Below are positions 12,423-25,825 of a stretch of DNA of 64,000 bases, in pieces. The notes beneath the pieces were generated by a model. That model saw only the letters and a program-made list of their open reading frames with translations. It did not search any database and was not told where the DNA came from. The first letter of the stretch is position 1, and each line of letters starts with the position of its first letter. The translations under genes were made by a program, and so were the position numbers. Source of the DNA: Leucoraja erinacea (lineage: Eukaryota); assembly GCF_028641065.1 (NCBI RefSeq), contig NC_073399.1, forward strand, positions 32,612,001 to 32,676,000, given 5' to 3'.

Positions 12423-13302
12423 TACTATGGACAAAGCATAAGAATCATGTGGGATGAGTGTGTATTCAGCCCCTGAACATAAACTGACTATAAAAAAGTG
12501 GAGCTGCTTTGCCATGAATTAAAACAACATTGACCGGGCCTGGAGGCTGAAGAAGGGATAGCTATAGTCCTTATGATGGACATGATTGTCTTTATTGCAA
12601 CAAACACTATTAGAGAAAATGCAAAGTCTGTGTAATCGACCCCGAAAGTGGGAGAAAGTAATGACGTATTATTCTATTATCTATAACGACAGAAGCCGAC
12701 ACCTTTACAGTAATTGACCTATATTCAGTCTTTTATTTGTGTTTCTGTCTGTTTAAGAATACTGATCCACAACAGTTCAGTTGCCTGATAACAGCTGGGA
12801 AGGGACTGTCCCTGGAGGTGTGCTTTATCGCAGTTCTGTACCTCTTGCCTGATGAGAGATAGGAGAAGATGTGTCTAGGGTGAGCTATAGGTGAATTGGG
12901 CTGCCGCCTGCCGCCTGGCATATGGAAGGACCATTCAGAAGCCTGATAACAGAGGGGAAGAAGCTGTTCCTGAGTTGGGTGGTGCACGCCTTTAAGCTTC
13001 TGTACCTTCTACCGGATGGGACCAGGAGAAAGAAGAATGCCAAAATGGTGGTGGACAAAAATGCTGGAGAAACTCAGCGGGTGAGGCAGCATCTATGGAG
13101 CGAAGGAAATAGGCAACGTTTTAGGGTGGGACGACTTTGATCCTGTTGGCTGTTTTTCCAAAGCAGCATGATGTGTGGATGGAGGCAATGGTGGGAAGTC
13201 CAGTCAGTGCAATGGACTGTGCTACATCTATCACTCCACAATTTCTTACGGTCTTGGGCAGAGCTGTTCCCATACCAAGCTGTGATGCAACCCGGCTTCT
13301 AA

Positions 13303-13528
13303 TGCCCCTGTCCCACTTAGGAAACCTGAACGGAAACCTCGGGAGACTTTGCGCCCCACCCTAGGTTTCCGTGCGGTTCCCGGAGGTTGCAGGTGGTTGC
13401 CGGGGGTTGCAGGTAGTGGAAGCAGGTAGGGAGACTGACAAAAACCTCCGGGAACCGCATGGAAACCTTAGGTTGGGCGCAAAGTCTCCAGAGGTTTCTG
13501 TTCAGGTTTCCTAAGTGGGACAGGGGCA
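13303..13528. mobile_element. PIF/Harbinger MITE (226 bp) inserted in an old Rex1 fragment
   Basis: Long TIR TGCCCCTGTCCCACTTAGGAAACCTGAAC...; flanked by TAA/TTA (TWA target); internal GCAGGT-type subrepeats. Confidence 0.85.
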
Positions 13529-14252
13529 TTACGGTGCATCGGTAGAAGTTTGTGAAGATCATTGAAGACGTGCAGAATTTCCTCAGTATCCTCAGGAAAT
13601 AAAGCCTTCTTGGATGTCACTGCCTTTGTGCATTGCGGCTTCATACTCAAAATACTTCATACTTTGGGGATTTTATCGGAGAGATTGTGTGCCTCCGACT
13701 CCTTTATCTGAAGAAAGTTCCAGACCTGAAACTTTGCCTGTCAGTCTGAGGAAGGGTCCTGATCCAATACGTTGTCTGTCTGCCCATTCCCTCCCCAAGA
13801 GCTGCCTGACCTCCTGAATTCCTCCAGCACTTTGTGTTTTGCTGAAGATTCCAGCATCTGCATTTCCTTGTGTCTCCTTGTTATTCTTTAGTTGGGATCA
13901 GGCCTTAATGATTTCTTGTGGGCTATGACCTGTGAGATCAGATTATTGTGAGATGAAGTTTAAGGTGCTCACATTAAGGTCAGATTTGCTGTTGAAGGAG
14001 TCTTAGAAGTTCCTTCCAGTGAGTGTTGACCATAATTGTCCAGAGACTGTCTCATCTTCGGACAACACAAACCCTTTCCACCATTTGGTCAGGCAGCATC
14101 TGTGGAGGAAATGGACAGGCGACGGTTCAGGTCGGGGCGAAATTTGTAGGAAAGAACTGCAGATGCTGATTTAAACTGAAGATAGACACGTCGGTAACTC
14201 AGCGGGGCAGGCAGCATCTCTGGAGAGAAGGAATGGGTGACGTGTGGGTCTG

Positions 14253-17200
14253 AAACATAGAAACATAGAAACATAGGTGCAGGAGTAGGCCATTCGGCCC
14301 TTCGAGCCTGCACCGCCATTTAATATGATCATGGCTGATCAACCAACTCAGTATCCCGTACCTGCCATCTCTCCAAACCCTCTGATCCCCTTGGCCACAA
14401 GGGCCACATCTAACTCCCTCTTAAATATAGCCAATGAACTGGCCTCAACTACCCTCTGTGGCAGAGAGTTCCAGAGATTCACCACTCTCTGTGTGAAAAA
14501 AGTTCTCCTCATCTCGGTTTTAAAGGATTTCCCCCTTATCCTTAAGCTGTGACCCCTTGTTCTGGACTTCCCCAACATCGGGAACAATCTTCCTGCATCT
14601 AGCCTGTCCAACCCCTTAAGAATTTTGTAAGTTTCTATAAGATCCCCTCTCAATCTCCTAAATTCTAGAGAGTATAAACCAAGTCTATCCAGTCTTTCTT
14701 CATAAGACAGTCCTGACATCTCAGGATTCAGTCTGGTGAACCTTCTCTGCACTCCCTCTATGGCTATAATGTCCTTCCTCAGATTTGGAGATCAAAACTG
14801 CACGCAATACTCCAGGTGTGGTCTCACCAAGACCCTGTACAACTGCAGTAGAACCTCCCTGCTCCTATACTCAAATCCTCTTGCTATGAAAGCCAACATA
14901 CCATTCGCTTTCTTTACTGCCTGCTGCACCTGCATGCCTACCTTCAATGACTGGTGTACCATGACACCCAGGTCTCGCTGCATCTACCCCTTTCCCAATC
15001 GGCCACCGTTTAGATAATAATCTGCTTTCCCGTTTTTGCCACCAAAATGGATAACCTCACATTTATCCACATTAAACTGCATCTGCCAAACATTTGCCCA
15101 CTCACCCAGCCTATCCAAGTCACCTTGCAGTCTCCTAGCATCCTCCTCACACCTAACACTGCCCCCCAGCTTAGTGTCATCCGCAAACTTGGAGATATTG
15201 CCGTCAATTCCCTCATCCAGATCATTAATATATATTGTAAATAGCTGGGGTCCCAGTACTGAGCCTTGCGGTACCCCACTAGTCACTGCCTGCCATTGTG
15301 AAAAGGACCCGTTTACTCCTACTCTTTGCTTCCTGTTTGCCAGCCAGTTCTCTATCCACATCAATACTGAACCCCCAATGCCATGTGCTTTAAGTTTGTA
15401 TACTAATCTTTTATGTGGGACCTTGTCGAAAGCCTTCTGGAAGTCCAGATACACCACATCCACTGGTTCTCCCCTATCCACGCTACTAGTTACATCCTCG
15501 AAAAATTCTATAAGATTCGTCAGACATGATTTACCTTTCGTAAATCCATGCTGACTTTGTCCAATGATTTCACCACTTTCCAAATGTGCTGCTATCCCAT
15601 CTTTAATAACTGACTCTAGCAGTTTCCCCACTACCGATGTTAGACTAACTGGTCTGTAATTCCCCGTTTTCTCTCTCCCTCCCTTCTTAAAAAGTGGGAT
15701 TACGTTTGCTACCCGCCAATACTCAGGAACTACTCCAGAATCTAAAGAGTTTTGAAAGATTATTACTAATGCATCCACTATTTCTGGAGCTACTTCCTTA
15801 AGTACTCTGGGATGCAGCCTATCTGGCCCTGGGGATTTATCGGCCTTTAATCCATTCAATTTACCCAACACCACTTCCCGACTAACCTGGATTTCACTCA
15901 ATTCCTCCACCTCCTTTGACCCGCAGGCCCCTGCTATTTCCGGCAGATCATTTATGTCTTCCTTAGTGAAGACGGAACCAAAGTAGTTATTCAATTGGTC
16001 CGCCATATCCTGGTTCCCCATGATCAACTCACCTGTTTCTGACTGCAAGGGACCTACATTTGTTTTAACTAATCTCTTTCTTTTCACATATCTATAAAAA
16101 CGTTTGCAGTCAGTTTTTATGTTCCCTGCCAGTTTTCTTTCATAATCCATTTTTCCTTTCCTAATTAAGCCCTTCGTCCTCCTCTGCTGGTCTCTGAATT
16201 TCTCCCAGTCCTCCGGTATGCTGCTTTTTCTGACTAGTTTGTACGCATCATCCTTTGCTTTGATACTATCCCTGATTTCCCTTGTTATCCATGGATGCAC
16301 TACCTTCCCTGATTTATTCTTTTGCCAAACTGGGATGAACAATTTTTGTAGTTCATCCATGCAGTCTTTAAATGCCTTCCATTGCATATCCACCGTCAAC
16401 CCTTTTAGAATTAATTGCCAGTCAATCTTGGCCAATTCACGTCTCATACCCTCAAAGTTACCTTTCTTTAAGTTCAAAACCATTGTTTCTGAATTAACAA
16501 TGTCACTCTCCATCCTAATGAAGAATTCAACCATATTATGGTCACTCTTGCCCAAGGGGCCACGCACAACAAGACTACTAACTAACCCTTCCTCATTACT
16601 CAATACCCAGTCTAAAATAGCCAGCTCTCTCGTTGGTTCCTCTACATGTTGATTTAGATAACTATCCCACATACATTCCAAGAAATCCTCTTCCTCAGCA
16701 CCCCTGCCAGTTTGATGCACCCAATCTATATGTAGATTGAAGTCACCCATTATAACTGCTTTGCCTTTGTCGCAAGCATTTCTAATTTCCTGTTTGATAC
16801 CATCTCCAACTTCACTACTACTGTTAGGTGGCCTGTACACAACACCCACCAGCGTTTTCTGCCCCTTATTGTTTCGCAGCTCTACCCATACCGATTCCAC
16901 ATCCTCCAAACTAATGTCCTTCCTTTCCATTGCGTTAATCTCCTCTCTAACCAGCAACACTATCCCACCTCCTTTTCCTTTCTCTCTATCCCTCCTGAAT
17001 ATTGAATATCCCTGGATGCTCAGCTCCCAGCCTTGGTCACCCTGGAGCCATGTCTCCGTGATCCCAACTATATCATAATCATTAATAGCTATCTGCACGT
17101 TCAACTCATCCACCTTATTACGAATACTCCTTGCATTGAGACACAAAGCCTTCAGGCTTGTTTTTACAACGCTCTTACCCCTTATACAATTATGTTGAAA

Positions 17201-17605
17201 AGTGGCCCTTTTTGATTTTTGCCCTGGTTTTGTCTGCCTGCCACTTTTACTTTTCACCTTGCTACCTATTGCTTCTACCTTCATTTTACACCCCCTGCCC
17301 CTCTGCTCTTGTACCCATCCCCCTGCCACATTAGTTTAAATCCTCCCCGACAGCAGTAGCAAACACACACCCCCCAAGGACATTGGTTCCATTCCAGCCC
17401 AGGTGCAGACCGTCCTGTTTGTACTGGTCCCACCTCCCCCAGAACTGGTTCCAATGCCCTAAAAATTTGAATCCCTCCCCCTTGCACCATTTTTCAAGCC
17501 ACGTATTCATCTGCAATATCCTCCTATTTCTGCTCTGACTGGCCCGTGGTACTGGTAGTAATCCAGAGATTATTACCTTTGAGGTCCTACTTTTAAGCCT
17601 GTCCC
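14253..17605 (-). mobile_element. Young CR1 LINE: ORF1 esterase 3' part plus complete ORF2 (APE endonuclease + RT) disabled by only two nonsense codons
   Basis: ORFs 14984-17329, 14792-14983 and 14348-14752 are in one frame, separated by TAG (GKG*MQRDLG) and TGA (VQF*SPN). SKFADDTK and [10 protein letters not shown] motifs; (CATAGAAA)n tail. Confidence 0.97.
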
Positions 17606-18407
17606 AACCCTGAAGAAGGATCTCGATCCAAAACGCCACCCATCCCTTATCTCCAGAGATGCTGACTGTCCCGCTGATTTACTCCAGCGATTTGTGTTTT
17701 GCTCCAGAACATTCCAGCATCTGTAATCCCCTCTTTCCACCATCTACAAGGTACGTTAGAAGCGTAAAATAAAACATTCAATTGACCCTGGTTTCAGCAG
17801 TCCTGGCACTCAAGAAGGTCTGTGCCATTCCTGGCGGGGCTCGCTGGCGAAACTTTACAAAGTGAACAAACATGAAGAGCCAAGTTTATTTGTTATCTAT
17901 TAATAAACAGGGGGGAAGGAAATAGATTTGATTTATGTAACGTATTGATTTTAAACTATGTCATTTATTTGTTCATTTTAATTGTGAAAAATCCAAGTTA
18001 AATAATGAGAAAATGTGCTTTGGGTAAATGCCATGATAACGGGCGTTTTAAATTTAGAATCACAATACAGGCACACCAACGATTCTCCGCAGAATTATCC
18101 ATTTTGCTGGACCAACAGAGGTCATGTAAATATAATTCAACACTACACCTCTGACCCACTAATTAGACCCATTTCCTGTAACACCATGAACTGCTAGAAA
18201 CTTAAACAAAGAATTAGCAATTAACAAAGAAATAAACAATTAATTATTTCAGCACAAAGGCAAACGTCCCAATAGAGCATGCACCACATGCTATACGCTT
18301 GTAGTCTTGTCCGGATTAGAGGTGTCAGACCATCAGTTGCTGGAAAATCAGTGGTGGACCTGTAGAAACCTTTGAGTAGGTTCTTTTCAAACACAACTGT
18401 GAGCTCA

Positions 18408-18852
18408 GTAGAAACACAGAAACATAGAAAATAGGTGCAGGAGTAGGCCATTCGGCCCTTCGAGCCTGCACCGCCATTCAATATGATCATGGCTGATCAT
18501 CCAACTCAGTATCCTGTACCTGCCTTCTCTCCATACCCCCTGATCCCTTTAGCCACAAGGGCCACCTCTAACTCCCTCTTAAATATAGCCAATGAACTGT
18601 GGCCCCAACTACCTTCTGTGGCAGAGAATTCCAGAGATTCACCACTCTCTGTGTAAAAAATGTTTTTCTCATCTCAGTCCTAAAAGATTTCCCCCTTATC
18701 CTTAAACTGTGACCCCTTGTTCTGGACTTCCCCAACATCGGGAACAATCTTCCTGCATCTAGCCTGTCCAACCCCTTACGAATTTTGTAAGTTTCTATAA
18801 GATCCCCCTCAATCTTCTAAATTCTAGCGAGTACAAGCCGAGTCTATCCAGT
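18408..18852 (-). mobile_element. CR1 3' end (young family)
   Basis: LDRLDAGRLFPMLGKSRTRGHSLRIRG plus the standard 3' UTR and tail. Confidence 0.9.
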
Positions 18853-19249
18853 AGGATTAATTCACCATATCTTACAGGACAAGTATATTATAATTCAGGA
18901 CTAAAAGGACTAAATTCAGGACATCGTATATTTCCATTTTGATCATACTTCCTTCTCAAACTCATTCTAGTTGCTCTTTTCAAAGAAAGAAACAATAATA
19001 GTAATGTGGAAATGATTTTGGATCAATTAACGTTTATTCCAACAGAGGGAGCTACAAGGATGCAAGTTAAGGGAAATGAAACTTAGCGCTGACTGAATAA
19101 ATCTGTTGGCCAACTCCTGAGCAACAGAGAGATAACGATCCTACCGAACATGGAACATAGAACAGTACAGCATAGGAACAGGCCCTTCAGCCCACAATGT
19201 CTGTGCCGATCATGATGCTACATTCAACAAATCTCCGCTGATCCCCATG

Positions 19250-19441
19250 TGTGGAAAGGAACTGCAGATGCTGGTTTAAGTCGAAGATAGACACAAAATG
19301 CTGGAGTAACTCAGCGGGACAGGCAGCATCTGTGGAGAGAAGGAATGGATGACGTTTCGGGTCAACCCAAAACGTCACCCATTCCTTCTCTCCAGAGATG
19401 CTGCCTGTCCCGCTGAGTTACTCCAGCATTTTGCGTCTATC
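19250..19441. repeat. Head-to-head inverted pair of Penelope terminal repeats
   Basis: atagacacaaaatgctggagtaactcagcgggacaggcagcatc...gacgtttcgggt is followed immediately by its near reverse complement (~75-bp arms). Confidence 0.85.
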
Positions 19442-20967
19442 CCTATCCCTCCATTCTTGAGCCTATTTAAAAGCCTCTCAAACACCATGAATGTATCTGC
19501 CTCCACCACCATCCTCTGCAGCTCGTTCCAGGCACCCATCCCACTCTGTGTAAAAATAAACCTTGCTCCCACATTTCCATTAAAGCTACCCTCTCTCATC
19601 TAGAAGCAATGCCGTCTAAAGTTTGACATTTCCACCCTGGGAAAAAGTTTCTGAATGGTTACCATATACCCTATACCCAATACTTCTCATAATGTTATAT
19701 TATTCTGTGAGATCTCCTCTCAATCTCGATGTCTCCAGAGACATCAATCCAAGTTTGTCCAACCTCTCCTTACAAGTTATACTCTCTAACGCAGGCAGCA
19801 TTCTGGTAAACCTCCTCCGAATCCACTCCAAAGTCACCATGTCCTTAGTTCAATAGGGCATCCAGAACTGCACACAATACCCCAATATGCAGCCCACACA
19901 AAGTCATGTAAAGCAGCATCGTGACTTGCTGACTCTTGTAGTCAATGCCCACACTCTTCCTCCTACTGTTACAGAAAGAGGAAGTTTACAGTCAAACTCA
20001 AACCTCCTCCAATTCTCACACCACAACCTATTTTCCTGTTTCTTTATGTGGCGTTTGCAACAAACTGATGCCTTCCCCCAAGTGCCTTAATGCAGAGAGC
20101 AGACGGTACCCAGCAAACTGGCTCATGTTTCATTTGCGAATTTGATTTGTAAAGGTGAGATGCTAAGTACAAAGGTGGCACAGTGACAAAGCTCAAAGAG
20201 CTGTGTTCAAGAAGGAACTGCAGATGCTGGAAGATCGATGATACACAAAAATGCTGGAGAAACTCAGCGGGTGCAGCAGCATCTATGGAGCGAAGGAAAT
20301 AGGTGACGTTTCCGGCCGAAACCCTTCTTCTGACTGATGGGCTCAAAGAGCTCCTGTTTCCCAGCACCAGAGATGTGGGGTCCAGCCTACCTCGGCTGCT
20401 GTCTGTGTGGAGTTTGCATGCTCTTCCTGTGACTGTGAGCTCCGGGTTTCTCCGGGTTCTCTGGTTTCCTCCCACATCCCAATGACATGCAGTTTTGTAG
20501 GTTAATTGACCTCTATATAAATTGCTTCTATTGTGTAGGGAGTGTTTGCGAAAGAGGAATACTATAGAACTAGTGTGAATGGGTGATCGATGGCCGGCGT
20601 TGGCTCGAGGGGGTGGGCTGAAGGCCCGTATCTTTCAAGCAATCAAGCAATCATCAAATCAATAAAACTACTCAAGGAAATATATTACTTTGGTTGATTT
20701 TGTAAGAAAAGAGCAATTAACGTGATTCTCAGCACTCAAAGCGAAAGAACCTCTCACTTCTTATTATTGTCAACTCATTTCCAAAAGTCGCAAAGTAGGA
20801 GCGTGGTTTTGTACACTTGATTTCACTTTCTTGCTTTTCACTTCCCTATAAATGGAAGAATACTTTCAATAATCTATTTTTTTCAAGAGTAGGCATCAAA
20901 CGTAAGAACGTGTCCTATCGCAATGAAACTCATCCTGACAGAATTCTCTAACCTCAAGGAATGTACA

Positions 20968-21496
20968 AATCTGAGGAAGGACATTATTGCCATAGAGGGA
21001 GTGCAGAGAAGGTTCACCAGACTGATTCCTGGGATGTCAGGACTGTCTTATGAAGAAAGACTGGATAGACTTGGTTTATACTCTCTAGAATTTAGGAGAT
21101 TGAGAGGGGATCTTATAGAAACTTACAAAATTCTTAAGGGGTTGGACAGGCTAGATGCAGGAAGATTGTTCCCGATGTTGGGGAAGTCCAGGACAAGGGG
21201 TCACAGCTTAAGGATAAGGGGAAAATCCTTTAGAACCGAGATGAGGAGAACTTTTTTCACACAGAGAGTGGTGAATCTCTGGAACTCTCTGCCACAGAGG
21301 GTAGTTGAGGCCAGTTCATTGGCTATATTTAAGAGGGAGTTAGATGTGGCCCTTGTGGCCAAGGGGATCAGGGGGTATGGAGAGAAGGCAGGTACGGGAT
21401 ACTGAGTTGGATGATCAGCCATGATCATATTGAATGGCGGTGCAGGCTCGAAGGGCCGAATGGCCTACTCCTGCACCTAATTTCTATGTTTCTATG
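20968..21496 (+). mobile_element. CR1 3' end (young family)
   Basis: NLRKDIIAIEGVQRRFTRLIPG...GYGEKAGTGY; TTTCTATG tail. Confidence 0.93.
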
Positions 21497-21505
21497 TACA
21501 AACTC

Positions 21506-24500
21506 CAGGGCCGGATTTACGTATAAGCTTCATAGGCTTAAGCCTAGGGCCTCGAGATCTAGGGAGCCTCCGGCCAAGGCAGGACACCTGCCATTGAACT
21601 CTGAGCGGGCCCCCCTCTCTCCGTCATTTTCCGTCTCCGCCCGCCATCCATATCCATGTCCGGGTCTCCGCTCTCCGCTCGCTCCTCATCTGCCGGCACG
21701 GCCGGCCGCCTTGCACATGCGCACAACCACGGCCAGCACATCATCGGCCGCCCTGCGCATGCGCACTGCCACGGCAACTGGTCGGCGCTGGGCACTTTCT
21801 CCCTCGCTTTGAATTGTGGGAGATCTGGCCACCATTGCTGTGTGCCTTGCCGCGACCGCTGAAAACCAATGCAGAATCACTCCTGGAGCTGGAGTAACTC
21901 CCTGGAGTAACTCTTGCTTCTGGTTTCCTGGTCCTCCAAAAATATTCTAAATGGAATTTAAACTGAAGGTGGTGGAGGGTCCATCATCAAACTTCAAACT
22001 CTGAACAATAACAGCCTATTGCATTTTATCTGTTTATTTATTGTGTATATATATGGTCTATGGTATATAGACACACTAAACTTTTATCTCCCATTCTGTA
22101 TTATGTTTACATATTCTGTTGTGCTGCAGCAAGCAAGAATTTCATTGCCCTATCTGGGACACATGACAATAAAACTCTCTTGACTCTTGACTTGGACTTA
22201 AGCAAAAAAGGGTTCTTGGGGAAAAAAGAGCTACCTTAAATTTAGTTGCGTCTGGTTGGGTAACTATGGTAAGGTGAAGACTATTCCATTCTTTAATTGT
22301 GCGGGGGAACTCCATGGAGCAGCCAGCAACTCTGGATAGAAGAAATTGGGTGATGTTTCGGGTAGAGACCCTTCTTTAGACTCCCTCTGGTTTTAGTGTT
22401 TTTAGTTTAATTTACAGACACAGCGTGGAAACAGGCCCTTCGGCCCACCGAGTCCACGCCGACCACCGATCACCTGTACACTAGTTCTATCCCCCACATT
22501 AGCGACGTAAGTGAAGTCAAGAGTGTTTTATTCTCTCACGTCCCAGTTAGAACAATGAAATCTTTACTTACAGCAGCACAACAGAATATGTAAACATAGT
22601 ACTCTGTAAACAATGTTATAAACAAAACAGTGTATATTTATAAATGAATATATAACTATATCTATCTATATATAAAACTGTGTGGTTTGGAACGTGGAAG
22701 GAAACAAGAGGACCCAGAGAAAACCCATGCGATCAAAGGGAAAAGGAGCAAACTCCATACAGACAGCACCCATATTCAGGATCAATTCCAAGTCACTGGC
22801 ACGTTTAGGCAAACTTTATGGCCAATGTACTGCCCCATAGTCTTGAACTGAATTAAAACATACAGTAGCTGTATAGGGGGACATAGCGTCACTTGGAGAT
22901 TTAAAACTGAAAGTTGGATATTTTCTTTTTTTTAGTAACCAAAGTTATCAACGTATAATTTTTTGTGTGTTGGAAAACAAAATATAGTGGCACAGCTGGT
23001 GGACTTGCTGCCTCACATGCCAGAGATCTGTGTTCCATCCTGTCCTCGGGCACTGTCTGTGTTGAATTTGCACATTCTCCCTGCAAGCGTGTGGGTTTCC
23101 TCCCACATCCCAAAGACACATTGGCTTTGTAGGTTAACTTGTCTCTGTAAAATTGCCCCTAATGTGTAGGAAGGTGTAAACTGCCCAAGCAGAATATGAG
23201 GTGCTGCTCCTTCAATTTACAGTGGGCCACACTCTGGCCATGGAAGAGGCCCAGGACAGAAAGGTCGGATTCGGAATAGGAGGTGGAGTTGAAGTGCTGA
23301 GCAGGTTGGTTATTGCCAACCGAGCAGAGGTGTTGGGCAAAGGGAACGCTAAGCCTACACTTGGTCTCACTGAAGCAGAGCAGCTGACACCTAGAGCAGT
23401 GGATGCAATAGATGAGGTTGGAGGAGGTGCAGGTGAACCTGGGCCGCACATGGAAAGACTGCTTGGGTCCTTGAATGCAGTCAAGGGGGGAGGTAAAGCG
23501 ACAAGTGTAGCATCTCCTGCGGTTGCAAGGGAAAGTGCCAGGAGCGGGGGTGGTTTGGATGGGAAGGAACGAATTGACCAGGAAGTTACGGAGGGAGCGG
23601 TCTCTGCGCAAAGCAAACGGGGAGGAGATGGGAAGATGTGGCCAGTGGTGGGATCCCATTGGTAGACGAAAAATCTGGAGAAAATCATGGGTAAGGCAGC
23701 ATCTATGGAGCGAAGGAATAGACGACGGTTCGGGTCGAGACCCTTCTTCAGATTGATGTTGGGGTGGCGGGGGGGGACAGGAAAATAAAGGAAGCTGCGG
23801 TTACAGTAGGCTGGGGGAGAGCTGGGAATGGGAGGGGAAGGAGGGAGAAAGCAAGGACTACCTGAAATTAGAGGCTAATGTTTATACCGCTGGGGTGTAA
23901 ATTACCCAAGCAAATATGAGGTGCTGCTCCTCCAATATGCGGTGGGCCTCACCCGGGCCATGGAGGAGGCCCAGGGCAGAAAGGTCGGATTTGGAATGGG
24001 AGGGGGAGTTGAAGTGTTGAGCCACCGGGAGATCAGGTTGGTTATTGCGAACTGAGTGGAGGTGTTGTGCGAAGCGATCGCCAAGCCTGCGCTTGGTCCC
24101 ACCGAGGTTGATCATACGTTGAATAATCCAACCACATTTTTGTTTGGAAGTGGAAAGAAATAATAGAAATTGCATTCATTGCTATGTGTAAAAAGAGTTG
24201 AGATACTGTATTATAATTTTGCTGCATGTCATTGTGATATATATCATGTCTTGATTGGTGAATATGTTTAGTTGGTGATTTTATTTGAAGCAGAAATAAT
24301 ATGTGAATGCTTCATTGAGCATAATTCCAACTGGTAACTATGCACTTTGTCCGAGCACATTATCGCACGCGTCATGCAAGCCGTCTTAAATGACCACCTA
24401 AACTGTCATTTGGCAACTTAAAAAACTGCCAAGTTTGCCTGGTTGACAACAGAGAAAAATTAAGTGAGAGCCCTGAAAGGTGTATAATATTTTTGACACT

Positions 24501-24804
24501 ATCATAGGCCTTTCTTACATATACTGTCACAATGCACTGTAGTCTCTAAACAACCCTTCAGTAATTTTCCTTGCCCTCCATTTCAGAATAATGGTGTTTT
24601 AAGCTGATAACTCGACACTAGCACTGGCAATAAATAAATAAATAAAAAGTGCAGCTTTCCAGTCCCTTATCTCATTGGCCACGCTCGGCTGCAAATCGAT
24701 GTCAATTTGGTGGACCATCTTCCTCTAGTCGTGGGGGTGGGGGATTGGGAGGGGCCTCACAAGTGGAACAGCCAAGGGCCTCTCTTCATCTAAATCCGGC
24801 GCTG
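21506..24804 (+). mobile_element. Non-autonomous hAT element swollen by nested insertions (LINE fragments, HE1 SINEs, Penelope, probable second hAT end at about 24460-24475)
   Basis: TIRs CAGGGCCGGATTTA / TAAATCCGGCGCTG; perfect 8-bp TSD ACAAACTC (21498-21505, 24805-24812). Confidence 0.85.
23170..24112 (-). mobile_element. Penelope-like element fragments (GIY-YIG endonuclease end + terminal repeat), two tandem pieces
   Basis: GTFPCNRRRCYTC..FTCTSSNLIYCIHCSRCQLL..ETKCRL..QHL..VAQHFNSPSHS..LEEQHLIF; hammerhead-core repeat at about 23722-23752. Confidence 0.88.
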
Positions 24805-25825
24805 ACAAACTCACATGTACAGTGCAAAACACAAAGTGCTGGAGGAACTTAGCAGGTCAGGCAACGTCTGTTTCAGGTCAGGATTCTTAGTTTAGTTTAG
24901 TTTGGAGATACAGAGTGGAAACAGGCCCTTCGGCCCACCGAGTCCACACTGACCAGCGATCCCCAGGCATTAACACTATCCTACACACACAAGGGGCAAT
25001 TTTACATTTACAACAAACCAGTTAACCTACAAACCTGTACGTCTTTGGAGTGTGGGAAGAAATCAAAGATCTCTGAGAAAACCTGCACAGGTCATGGGGA
25101 GAATGTACAAACTCTTCCTCAGACTGATAGGAGGAGGAGGGGAGACAGCAAGAAAAGAGAACTATCCATTCCCTCCACAGATGCTGCCTGATCCGCTAAG
25201 TTCCTCCAGCACTATGTGTATTACTCAGTATTCCAGCATCTGCAGTTCCTTGTGTATACATTTTAATGCAAAATGTTGTACTGTATATATAAAATGAATA
25301 TATAAAAAATAAAACAATTTCTTTAGCACACTAGGACAGATGTATTATTGGGCAGTGATTGAAAATAGTTTGATGTTTCCATTTGATCTAGAAATGTCAC
25401 AATGTGCGGGCAAGGCCTGGAGTTCCCCGTGATATCTAGTGTGTTTCAGCACATTTCATGCTCATAACATCCTGTGTAGAATGTTGAAATATATTTCTGG
25501 CAGATTGTGCTTTAATTGAGTTTGGTCAAACAAAAAAGTTATATCCTGGCATTTAATTCTTCCATGGTGTGACACGGTGGCGCAGCGGTAGAGTTGCTGC
25601 CTTCCAATGCCGGGGACCCAGGTTCGACCCTGACTACGGGTGCTGTCTGTATGGTGTTGTATGTTCATTATGTGACTGCATGGATTTTCTTCCTGTGCTC
25701 TGGTTTCCTCCCTCACTACAAAGACATACATGATTACAGGTTAATGGACTTTGGTAAAAATTGTAAATTATCCATTAGTGCAGTGCGCTGGTCCAGGTGG
25801 AATTGATGGGTCAAAGCGTCTGTTT

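Noticed and set aside
13303-13528. Short regularly spaced repeats suggestive of a CRISPR-like array
   Set aside because: Eukaryotic context; explained as MITE TIRs and internal subrepeats, with no spacers or cas genes.
15036-17215. Long plus-strand ORFs (172, 144, 113 aa)
   Set aside because: Antisense shadows of CR1 ORF2.
18299-18360. Minus-strand acceptor ggtttctacag| with open frame STTDFPATDGLTPLIRTRLQ
   Set aside because: Weak donor and no homology.
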